From an uncultured Oscillospiraceae bacterium (lineage in GTDB: Bacteria; Bacillota; Clostridia; Oscillospirales; Oscillospiraceae): a stretch of 64,000 nt of DNA. A program made the position numbers and the translations under genes. The notes beneath the pieces were generated by a model. The model had not been told where the DNA came from. It ran no database searches and saw only the letters and a program-made list of their open reading frames with translations. The stretch lies in assembly GCA_947628185.1 (NCBI GenBank), contig CANQYW010000008.1, positions 3,354 through 67,353 of the forward strand, read 5' to 3'. Shown here piece by piece: positions 9,477 through 17,934 of this stretch (positions are counted from its first letter, which is position 1; every line of letters starts with the position of its first letter).

Positions 9477-12400
9477 ATGAAGAGCATCAAGAGATTTTTT
9501 GCCGTCTTCCTCTGCGGGGTGATGCTGGTCTCCAGCACCGCCGTGCCGATCTACGCGGAGACGGCCCCCGAGGAACTGGGCCACGTACACGAGGATGAAG
9601 TCCCCGCCGAGCCGGGGCCGGAACCCTTTGAGGGCGACCTCGCGTCCCCCGCCGAGGAACCCGGGGAGCCCTCAACGGATGATGAACCGTCCCCGGGGCC
9701 AGCAGACGAGAGCAGTAAACCAATGATAACCGTCTATTCTGCCCAGGGCGGCCTAAAAGATGTTTTCTGCCTGGCCCCTGACTCCTCCAGCAGATACCCC
9801 AACACCGTCAGCGTCACGGTATCCGACCCCGACGGTCTCAGTGAGGTCACCATCGGCGGGAAGAAAGTTACCATTCCAAGTGATAATAATAAGACCATCA
9901 CGGTGACGATCACAGCGTCCTACATCCCCGCCGATAATAAGATGGCCATCACCGCGAAGGATTCAAGCGGCAACGAGGCCGCGTACACCGTCACTGTGTA
10001 CGCAAAGCACAAGTCCACCCCGGTGAGACTCTTTAACGAGGCCAACTGCAACACATTCGGTTTTAATAACCAGGCTGCATACTACTGTGAGCAGTGCCAC
10101 GGCATGGACATCTCTATGGCCATGCGCCCCACAAGTTACGCCAAGGGCCACAGCTTTGAGGAGTACAATAGGGGTATGGTGATCAAGCCGGACGCTGAGT
10201 TCACCGAGGTCACCCCTTGCGGAACGGAGACCCAAGTTAAGAAGTATGTCTGTGATACATGCGGCTACGCCGTTATGGAGGAGAACGCCGACCTCGGCGA
10301 GGACAGCGCGCACAAGTGGGAGCTCAAGTACGTAGCGCCTGACAAGACAAAAGGCGGCTACCGGCTCTATGAGTGCGCCGACTGCCACGCGGTGAAGGAC
10401 TGCGCCTCCATAAGCCAGCTCTGCCACATGGCGACCATCAAGGTCACGAAGGATCCCAACTGTGTCACCCAGGAGAACGGTGTCAGAAGTTACATATGCA
10501 TCACATGCGGTGAAGTCGTGGCCACCGACTCCCTCGCGTGGCAGCACAAGATGTCCCCCTGGGAAACCGTCAAACCGGCCGACTGCGTGAGCAATACACC
10601 GGGTCTGCGTCAGCGCCACTGCACCGTTGAGGGGTGCAACTACGTTGAGAGTCAGGAGATCTCCAGCCAGCACTCGTGGCTCATCAGCTACACCGTTGAT
10701 AAGGCGCCGACGTGCGTGGAGCCGGGCGTCAAGTCCCGGCACTGCAGCAAGTGCGGCGCCATCATGCCGGGGTCCGAGGAAACGATTCCCGCCACCGGCA
10801 GCCACAACTACGTGGACCACGACTCAAACTGCACCACCCAGAAACAGTGCTCCTCCTGCGGAGCTCCTGACCCCGAGGACGTTCCGCGGACATCGCACAA
10901 CCTCATGGAAATGAAGAACCTCACGCACCACTGGAAGGACTGCACTTACCCCGGGTGCGACTACAAAGAGGACGAGGAGGAGCACACCTACGGCCCCTAC
11001 ACCGTTGTGAACGACCTGCATCACCGCCGTTACTGCACGGTGTGCGGTCAGCAGAACTCCTTCTGGCACACCGCCGAGCAGAAACTTGACGACGGCAACT
11101 GCCTCACCCCCATCAAGTGCGAGGAGTGCGGCTATGTTTTCACGCCTGGGAAGAACGGCCACTCCTTTGACTCCGGCATTTGGATCTCCGACGAGACGCA
11201 CCACTGGAACACCTGTAGGAACACCGGGTGCAACGTGAAGGTCTCCTACGGCGAGCACCGGGCGGACACGGACTCCGACTGCACCCAGGGCATCTATTGT
11301 TACGTCTGCAAACGGGAAATTGTGAGTCCCACCCCCGAGCACACCTGGTCCGCCTGGGTCCTCAACAGCGAGAAAACCATGTACACGCGCCATTGTACCG
11401 TTGATGGGTGCTCCGTGGTGGAGACCGCTGACCACAAGCACACCTTCAGCAACTGGACGTCCACAGACGGCAAGACCCACTCCCGCGCCTGCACCGAGTG
11501 CGGCTTTGAGGAGACCGGGACCTGCAACGTCTCCCCCGACAACTCATGCCTCACCGCCACAACATGCGACACCTGCGGATACATAATTGAGGAGGCCCAG
11601 AGCTCCCACAACATGGTCTGGCACGATAACGGCGACGGCACCCACACCGGCCACTGCCAGAACACCGGCTGTCACGAGGAGATATCCGGCCAGCACACCT
11701 TTGGGGAATGGACCACTACCGGCACCGCGCACACCCGCGTCTGCTCCCTCTGCGGACTCACCGAGAGCGGCGAACATGAGTCAAATGAGGACGGCGACTG
11801 CTCCACCGAGGCCCTTTGCACGGTTTGCAACCGGGTCCTCACCGAGGCGCAGCCCCAGCACATCTACACGGACTGGACGTCCGACCCGGAGGACTACTAT
11901 TACCATTACCGCACATGCACGAACCCCGGCTGCACCCACCGGGAGACTGCCGCCCACAGCGGCACGGACGACGGCGACTGCTCCACGGGGCTTGAGTGCG
12001 ACGTCTGCGGTATGATGTACATCGCCCCCGAGCCCCATCACCCGGACGGCGAGTTCTTCAGCGACGCCAGCGGGCACTACCAGTACTGCTCTCACCCCGG
12101 CTGTACAAAGACCGTCACATACCCCCACATGCTGGTGAACGACGGCGACAGCGACTGCACCACCCCCACCTATTGCTCCGTCTGCGGCTATGTGGCCGTG
12201 GAGGGCAGCGGGGGCCACAACTGGTCTAATTGGGAGGCCACGGCCGACGGCACCGGCCACCACAAGCGGTGCCTCAATGAGAACTGTTCCGCCGCCACCT
12301 CCGCCGAGGGCCACTCCGGGGCCGCTACATGCGCCGGCCCCGCTGTCTGCGGCGAGTGCGGGTTGGAATACGGCGGCAAGGACCCCACGAACCACACCGG

Positions 12401-15400
12401 CGGCACCGAGGTCAGGGGGTATCTGGAGCCCACCGAGGACAGCGAGGGCTACACCGGCGACACGTACTGCCTCGGCTGTGAGACGGTAATAGAGAAGGGC
12501 AAGAGCATACCCGCCACGCCCCACTCCACCCACAACTTCGGCTCCGCCTGGCACACCGACAGCCTCCACCACTGGAAGGAGTGCGTGAAGTGCGGCACCA
12601 GGAATGAGGAGGGCGAACACGTCTTCGGGAGCCTCTATTCCGACGCCGCCGGTCACTTCAAAGTCTGCACCGTCTGCGGCTATGTTGAGCGGCACGACCA
12701 CTCCCCCGCCGCGGACGATAACGACTGCACCACCCCCACCCTCTGCACAGAGTGCGGGTACGCCGTAGTCGAGGCGAAGGAGACCCATGACTTCTCTGGC
12801 GGCGCCGTCGGAGACCAGGAGGGTCACCGCTACATCTGCCAAAATCCCGACTGTACTGTTAAGAGCGGCGTTGAGGAACACTCCGGCGGCAGCGCCACAT
12901 GTTTCACTCTGGCCGTCTGCCAGGTCTGCGGCTCCGCCTACGGCGAGCTTGACAGCTCCAACCACGTGGGCGGTCAGGTGGTTCTGGGCTATAGGGATCC
13001 CACGGACCTGGACGAGGGCTACACCGGGGACGGCTACTGCCTCAGCTGCGGCGCCGTGCTCCTCACGGGTCGCGCCATCCCCACCGGTGAACGTGAGCAC
13101 CCGGAGACGGAGATCGAATACGATGAGAACCACTGCTGGAAGTCATGCACCCACTGCGGTATGCGCGAGTCCGGGTCATACCAGGTCCACTCCTACCTCT
13201 CCGTGAGTTTTAGCGGCGCAATGATCGCCTATTCCACCGCCTCCGACGTGGAGACCTGTACGAACTGCGGGAACGTAAACCCCTACTCCGGGCACGAGCA
13301 CAACTTCTCCGCCCCCGAGGTACGCCTCCAGCCCACCTGCGGCGACGCCGGTATGACCGTCATGACCTGCTCCATATGCGGCGCGAATTTCGCCGAGGAG
13401 ATCGCGTCCACCGGGGAGCACAACTGGGACGGCGGCGTGAACGTGAAATACCCCAACTGCATCGAGGACGGCGAGATCCTGCACACCTGTACTGTGTGCG
13501 GTGAGCACAGGCGCGAGATAGTTCCCAGCGACCCCCAGGCCCACACTTGGGATGAGGGCACAGTCATAACCCCCGCCCTCGGCGAGACCGACGGCGAGAT
13601 GCTATTCACCTGCTTAGTCTGCGGCGACACCCACACCGCCGTCATTCCCGCCACCGGCGAACACACCTGGGGACAGGGCGTCGTCACCAAGGCCGCCGAC
13701 TGCACCAATACGGGCATAATGACTTACACCTGCGAGGTGTGCGGCACGGAAAAGACCGAGGTAATCCCCGTGGACCTCGACGCCCACGTCTACGGCCAGT
13801 GGATGTCAGACCCTGATGATTATGTAAATCACTACCGCCTCTGCAAGTACGACACCTGCCGCCACAGGGACACCGCCCCCCACTCCGGGCACGACGACGG
13901 GAACTGCGAGACCCCGGTGTTCTGCCAGGACTGCGGGTTTGAATTTGTGAGGGCGAAGTCGCACAGCCCCGCGGGCCAGTGGTACTGGGACGACGAGACG
14001 CACTACCAGCACTGTGAGAATCTCGACCACGACGGCAACCCCTGCACCGGCACCGTGGGCTACGCCCACATACCCGTCACTGACGACGATAGTTGTCTCA
14101 CCGGCGTCCACTGTCAGCAGACGGGCTGCGGATATGTCTTCTACGAGGGGCAGTCCCAGCACAACTGGTCGGCCTGGGAGCCCACAGCCGATGGCACTGG
14201 CCACACCCGCCACTGTCTCAATGAGTCCTGCAAGGCAACTGAGACGGAAACTCACACCGGCGGCACCGCCACATGCACCGATAGCGCCGTCTGCGCCCAG
14301 TGTAACGCCCACTACGGCGAACCCGACCCCGCGAACCACGCCTACCCAACGGAGCTCCGGGACTACAAGGCCCCCACGGACTGGGAGCCCGGTTACTCCG
14401 GGGATCTCTACTGCACAGGCTGCGGCGCGCTGGTGGAGGCGGGCCACGAGCTGCCGCCTGTGGACCACCAGCACGTCTACAGCGAGGAATGGAGTTCCGA
14501 CGGCACGAACCACTGGCACCAGTGCACCGTGTGCGGCGCTATAGATGAGGGCTCCGTCACCGCCCACACCTTCGGCGAGTGGACTGCGGACGCGGAGGGC
14601 CACGCCCACTCCTGCACAGTCTGCGGCCACGAGGAGAAGTACCTCCACAGCGCCGGGGACGACGACGGCAACTGCACCACCGGGGTACTCTGCGAGGTGT
14701 GCCAGTACGTCTTAGTGGCGCCAATGGAGCACGACTTCGGCGGTATCCCCATCGGCACCCCCTCTGGCCACTACCACCTCTGCCAGAACCCCGGCTGTAC
14801 CGCAAAGGGCGAGCTCGAGAGTCACACCGGCGGCACCGCCACATGTTACGCCAAGGCCATGTGCTCCGTCTGCGCCGTGGCCTACGGTGGGCTCGACCCC
14901 GAAAATCACGCCGGCGGCGAGATCGTCATAGGCTACATGGACGCCACCGTCACCGAGCCCGGTTACACCGGCGATGTCATCTGCCTCGGCTGCGGGGCGG
15001 TACTCTCAAAGGGGCAGGAGATCCCCGCCGGTGAACGGGAGCACGACTACGTCTGGGACCACGACGGGCAGAACCACTGGAGAGACTGTTCCCGCTGCGG
15101 GCAGCGCCTGGAGGAGTCCTTCGGGCCCCACAGCTACGGCGATGACGGCATCTGCACCGTCTGCGGCGCCTCCGACCCGTTCTTCGGGCACACCCACACC
15201 TGGAGTGGATACACTGTGGACGAGGAGCCCACGTGCGTCGAGACCGGCCTCGCGCACCGCAACTGCTCCCTGTGCAGCGCCCACGAGGTGGTGTATATCC
15301 CGGCCACAGGCAAACACGTCTTCAAGGACGGCCGGTGCACCATGTGCGGCATTCTGGAGCCCTCCGACCTGCCCCAGTCGCCTGAGACTTACGATAGGTT

Positions 15401-15491
15401 CCCCGGCATAGCCCTCCTCTCCGCCTCCGCCCTGCTGGCCGGCGGCCTGGGACTTGTCCTCGTCTCCCGCAGACGCAGAAGGAGCAGATAA
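9477..15491 (+). CDS. Giant exported, C-terminally membrane-anchored Cys/His-rich modular repeat protein (2004 aa); no family recognised
   Basis: Uninterrupted 6-kb ORF with a strong RBS before ATG 9477. Signal peptide MKSIKRFFAVFLCGVMLVSSTAVPIYA/ET, then an acidic Pro/Glu linker and one Ig-like beta segment. About 1750 aa of CxxCG/Cx4C + His modules follow. The C-terminus is a TM helix plus RRRRRSR. It has its own terminator. Confidence 0.9.
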   Translation: MKSIKRFFAVFLCGVMLVSSTAVPIYAETAPEELGHVHEDEVPAEPGPEPFEGDLASPAEEPGEPSTDDEPSPGPADESSKPMITVYSAQGGLKDVFCLAPDSSSRYPNTVSVTVSDPDGLSEVTIGGKKVTIPSDNNKTITVTITASYIPADNKMAITAKDSSGNEAAYTVTVYAKHKSTPVRLFNEANCNTFGFNNQAAYYCEQCHGMDISMAMRPTSYAKGHSFEEYNRGMVIKPDAEFTEVTPCGTETQVKKYVCDTCGYAVMEENADLGEDSAHKWELKYVAPDKTKGGYRLYECADCHAVKDCASISQLCHMATIKVTKDPNCVTQENGVRSYICITCGEVVATDSLAWQHKMSPWETVKPADCVSNTPGLRQRHCTVEGCNYVESQEISSQHSWLISYTVDKAPTCVEPGVKSRHCSKCGAIMPGSEETIPATGSHNYVDHDSNCTTQKQCSSCGAPDPEDVPRTSHNLMEMKNLTHHWKDCTYPGCDYKEDEEEHTYGPYTVVNDLHHRRYCTVCGQQNSFWHTAEQKLDDGNCLTPIKCEECGYVFTPGKNGHSFDSGIWISDETHHWNTCRNTGCNVKVSYGEHRADTDSDCTQGIYCYVCKREIVSPTPEHTWSAWVLNSEKTMYTRHCTVDGCSVVETADHKHTFSNWTSTDGKTHSRACTECGFEETGTCNVSPDNSCLTATTCDTCGYIIEEAQSSHNMVWHDNGDGTHTGHCQNTGCHEEISGQHTFGEWTTTGTAHTRVCSLCGLTESGEHESNEDGDCSTEALCTVCNRVLTEAQPQHIYTDWTSDPEDYYYHYRTCTNPGCTHRETAAHSGTDDGDCSTGLECDVCGMMYIAPEPHHPDGEFFSDASGHYQYCSHPGCTKTVTYPHMLVNDGDSDCTTPTYCSVCGYVAVEGSGGHNWSNWEATADGTGHHKRCLNENCSAATSAEGHSGAATCAGPAVCGECGLEYGGKDPTNHTGGTEVRGYLEPTEDSEGYTGDTYCLGCETVIEKGKSIPATPHSTHNFGSAWHTDSLHHWKECVKCGTRNEEGEHVFGSLYSDAAGHFKVCTVCGYVERHDHSPAADDNDCTTPTLCTECGYAVVEAKETHDFSGGAVGDQEGHRYICQNPDCTVKSGVEEHSGGSATCFTLAVCQVCGSAYGELDSSNHVGGQVVLGYRDPTDLDEGYTGDGYCLSCGAVLLTGRAIPTGEREHPETEIEYDENHCWKSCTHCGMRESGSYQVHSYLSVSFSGAMIAYSTASDVETCTNCGNVNPYSGHEHNFSAPEVRLQPTCGDAGMTVMTCSICGANFAEEIASTGEHNWDGGVNVKYPNCIEDGEILHTCTVCGEHRREIVPSDPQAHTWDEGTVITPALGETDGEMLFTCLVCGDTHTAVIPATGEHTWGQGVVTKAADCTNTGIMTYTCEVCGTEKTEVIPVDLDAHVYGQWMSDPDDYVNHYRLCKYDTCRHRDTAPHSGHDDGNCETPVFCQDCGFEFVRAKSHSPAGQWYWDDETHYQHCENLDHDGNPCTGTVGYAHIPVTDDDSCLTGVHCQQTGCGYVFYEGQSQHNWSAWEPTADGTGHTRHCLNESCKATETETHTGGTATCTDSAVCAQCNAHYGEPDPANHAYPTELRDYKAPTDWEPGYSGDLYCTGCGALVEAGHELPPVDHQHVYSEEWSSDGTNHWHQCTVCGAIDEGSVTAHTFGEWTADAEGHAHSCTVCGHEEKYLHSAGDDDGNCTTGVLCEVCQYVLVAPMEHDFGGIPIGTPSGHYHLCQNPGCTAKGELESHTGGTATCYAKAMCSVCAVAYGGLDPENHAGGEIVIGYMDATVTEPGYTGDVICLGCGAVLSKGQEIPAGEREHDYVWDHDGQNHWRDCSRCGQRLEESFGPHSYGDDGICTVCGASDPFFGHTHTWSGYTVDEEPTCVETGLAHRNCSLCSAHEVVYIPATGKHVFKDGRCTMCGILEPSDLPQSPETYDRFPGIALLSASALLAGGLGLVLVSRRRRRSR

Positions 15492-15525
15492 ACCCAGTAA
15501 TTCATATATAAAATCAACTAAAAAC

Positions 15526-15568
15526 GCACCCGGCGCCCTCTAAATCAGGCGCCGGGTGCTGTTTTTTT
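15526..15568 (+). terminator. Rho-independent terminator of the giant gene
   Basis: GCACCCGGCGCC / GGCGCCGGGTGC 12-bp stem followed by TGTTTTTTT. Confidence 0.85.
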
Positions 15569-15600
15569 GAAACTATATCGCGAAAAACTTTCCAGTCTAC

Positions 15601-16008
15601 TTATGACACGAACTTTTTTGCAAATTCCGCTGCGGACTTCACGTCGCCCTCGTCAGGGCGGCCCCTGTGGAGGATGGTAAAGGAGCCGGGGCAGGAAAAC
15701 TCCTCTTTTGCGAGGGGTATCCTCTTCTCCGCTAAGAGTTTCTCCACATACTTTCGTGTGGACCTCAGGGAGGCCGAGGTGCTGAAGTTCACGACCTTCC
15801 CAACGCGCACATTGATGCCCTTTATGAACGCCTTCACCTCGTCGGCCACGTCAAAGGCGTAGGGTGAACTGCCTAAAAATAAAATGTCCACATCACCGCT
15901 CAGCGGTTCCGACACCGTCTTCGCCTCCACGCCCACAGCCCCCGCTATGGCCTCCGCGATTTTTTTCGTGTTTCCGCCCCTGGTGTAGTACCGTACCGCG
16001 ATCTTCAT
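15601..16008 (-). CDS. Flavodoxin-like protein
   Basis: MKIAVRYYTRGGNTKKIAEAIA flavodoxin N-terminus, RBS GAGGTAA. Confidence 0.75.
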   Translation of the reverse strand: MKIAVRYYTRGGNTKKIAEAIAGAVGVEAKTVSEPLSGDVDILFLGSSPYAFDVADEVKAFIKGINVRVGKVVNFSTSASLRSTRKYVEKLLAEKRIPLAKEEFSCPGSFTILHRGRPDEGDVKSAAEFAKKFVS

Positions 16009-16017
16009 GGCGTTACC

Positions 16018-16497
16018 TCACAGTTCCAGCGAACGGACCCACTTCTCCCAGGCGTCCCTGCCCTGACGGCCGTGCAGGACTATGCCCTCCTCCAGCGCCG
16101 CGCTGCTGTCCACGCTGGCTTTTAAGTCGGCCAGTGAGCTCTCAAATCCGCTGCTGCCGGAGGTGGCAAATAGTATGACCCTCTTTCCCGCAAAATCGTA
16201 GCTCTCCAGGAACGTGTTGACGATCGTCGGTGCGGTGTACCACCAAATCGGGAACCCCAGGAAAATGACGCCGCAGTCCGCCACCGGCGCGTCCTCATCG
16301 GCGATCTTGGGCCTTGAGGACTTGTCCCTCATCTCAACGGAACTGCGGGAGTTCTCGTCACGCCAGTTCAGGTCCGCCTGGGTGTACGGCACCTCAGGCC
16401 GGATCTCATAGAGCTCCGCGCCCGTGACCTCGGCGATATTCTTTGCCGCGTCCGCAGTGACGCCGCTGGCACTAAAATAGGCTACTAATGTCTTCAT
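16018..16497 (-). CDS. Flavodoxin family protein
   Basis: MKTLVAYFSASGVT...FLGFPIWWYTAP. I prefer ATG 16497 over the track start at 16536. Confidence 0.8.
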   Translation of the reverse strand: MKTLVAYFSASGVTADAAKNIAEVTGAELYEIRPEVPYTQADLNWRDENSRSSVEMRDKSSRPKIADEDAPVADCGVIFLGFPIWWYTAPTIVNTFLESYDFAGKRVILFATSGSSGFESSLADLKASVDSSAALEEGIVLHGRQGRDAWEKWVRSLEL

Positions 16498-16584
16498 AAT
16501 TTGAACCTCCGATGTAAAAATATTAGATGCGCGCAAAAATCTATTGCGTGCTGTTCTACTAAAAAATCTCTCCCGCCGGAGCCG

Positions 16585-17550
16585 TCACTCCCCTATTATG
16601 TCCCTAAAAACCCGGAGGGCGTTGCCGCGGCATATCTTCTCCGCCGCGGACCCGCCGAACTCCCGCTCTATTGCCTCCGCGAGCCGCTGCTGGCCGGAGC
16701 AGTCGCCCCACTCAAGTTCGCTCCCTATGCCGTCATAATCGGAGCCCAGGGCGGCGCTCTCTATGCCGGCCACATCCGTTATATGCCTCAGATGCAAGAT
16801 AATGTCCGATATCCGGGAGAGCTTATCGCCGCCGTGGCGGGCGGTCTTTCTCAAAAATGCGTGGCAGTAATTTATGCCCACGACGCCCCCCGCCTCCGCG
16901 AGGGCCCTGAGCTGCCGGTCGGTGAGGTTCCGGCCCACGTCGCACAGCGCCCTGGCGCAGGAGTGGGACGCGAGGAACGGCTTTCTCGTGTGCTCCGCCA
17001 CGTCCCAAAAGCCGCCCTCACTGAGGTGGGAGACGTCCACCGCTATCCCCAGCTCGTTCATGCGCTCCACGCACTCTATCCCAAAGGGTTTAAGCCCCAG
17101 CATGTGTCTCTTGGGGTCCTCGCTCTGGGGATACCCCAGGGAGTTCTCGTAGTTCCAGGTGAGGGCCACCATCCTGACGCCCTTCCTATGGTAGTCATCA
17201 AGGTTCTCTATCCTACCGGCAAGGGTCACGCCGTCCTCCACCGTGAGTATGGAGCTTATGTACCCCCGCCGCTCGTTCTCCTCGATGTCCCCCGCAGTGA
17301 GCGCCGGGCGCAGTGAATCCTTGCAGAGCTCCAGCTCCCTCAAGTACGCGCTGTAGGCGCCGTCAAAATATGTCTGCGGGTCCGGGGGCAGTTCTGGGCG
17401 ATGGGTGGGAACGAATATCGCAAAGCACTGGGCGGTGGTCTCACCCTTCTTGAGCTTTTCAAGGTTAATGTGGGAGTTGGCGAGGCCCTCAAGGTGCTCT
17501 CCGTGATAGAGGCGCATTATGGTGTCGCAGTGGAGATCGATGATTTTCAT
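16585..17550 (-). CDS. Membrane dipeptidase (peptidase M19 family)
   Basis: MKIIDLHCDT...VDVSHLSE...HSCARA motifs. Confidence 0.85.
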   Translation of the reverse strand: MKIIDLHCDTIMRLYHGEHLEGLANSHINLEKLKKGETTAQCFAIFVPTHRPELPPDPQTYFDGAYSAYLRELELCKDSLRPALTAGDIEENERRGYISSILTVEDGVTLAGRIENLDDYHRKGVRMVALTWNYENSLGYPQSEDPKRHMLGLKPFGIECVERMNELGIAVDVSHLSEGGFWDVAEHTRKPFLASHSCARALCDVGRNLTDRQLRALAEAGGVVGINYCHAFLRKTARHGGDKLSRISDIILHLRHITDVAGIESAALGSDYDGIGSELEWGDCSGQQRLAEAIEREFGGSAAEKICRGNALRVFRDIIGE

Positions 17551-17678
17551 AAATTCAGCTCCCTTCCCGTCGTCTTTCTTATTATATGACCAAATTTTGG
17601 CCGCGTCAATCCCGATGGAATAAAAGAGAACGCCTCGGGTTATATTAAGGTCGCAACGATAAAGGAGGGATCATATCT

Positions 17679-17891
17679 ATGATCATGGACAGGATCGCCC
17701 TTATACTTGTGATAATCGGCGGCTTGAACTGGGGCCTTGTCGGAATATTCAAATTTGACCTGGTTGCCTATCTCTTCGGCGGCCAGACCGCCTCAATCAG
17801 TAGAGTCGTGTACACCCTCGTGGCCCTGGGGGCCCTCTGGTGCATATCACTGCTCTTCCGTGATAGGATCGAGTCAAGCGACAAGGCATAA
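17679..17891 (+). CDS. DUF378-family small membrane protein
   Basis: IIGGLNWGLVGIFKFDLVAYLFGG signature, RBS AAGGAGGG. Confidence 0.75.
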   Translation: MIMDRIALILVIIGGLNWGLVGIFKFDLVAYLFGGQTASISRVVYTLVALGALWCISLLFRDRIESSDKA

Positions 17892-17896
17892 CTTTC

Positions 17897-17915
17897 GGCG
17901 GGGCAAAGCCCCGCC
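17897..17915. terminator. Shared hairpin between convergent genes
   Basis: GGCGGGGC-AAA-GCCCCGCC between the DUF378 gene (+) and spoVB (-). Confidence 0.5.
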
Positions 17916-17934
17916 TACATACTTTTCATCCCGC

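Noticed and set aside
10080-10400. Two CxxCH strings (YYCEQCHG, YECADCHA) suggesting a multihaem cytochrome.
   Set aside because: Only 2 of 53 knuckles are followed by His. The rest are CxxCG or Cx4C. There are no cytochrome maturation genes nearby.
11781-13133. 450-aa minus-strand ORF, and several others of 80-285 aa on both strands, inside the giant gene.
   Set aside because: They are antisense or off-frame readings of a repetitive GC-rich gene. The translations are Gly/Ala/Val/Arg/Pro-rich with no starts backed by an RBS.
13820-13829. TTATGTAAAT inside the giant gene, resembling the upstream decamer.
   Set aside because: It has one mismatch and lies in coding sequence, encoding DDYVNH. 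It is most likely coincidental.
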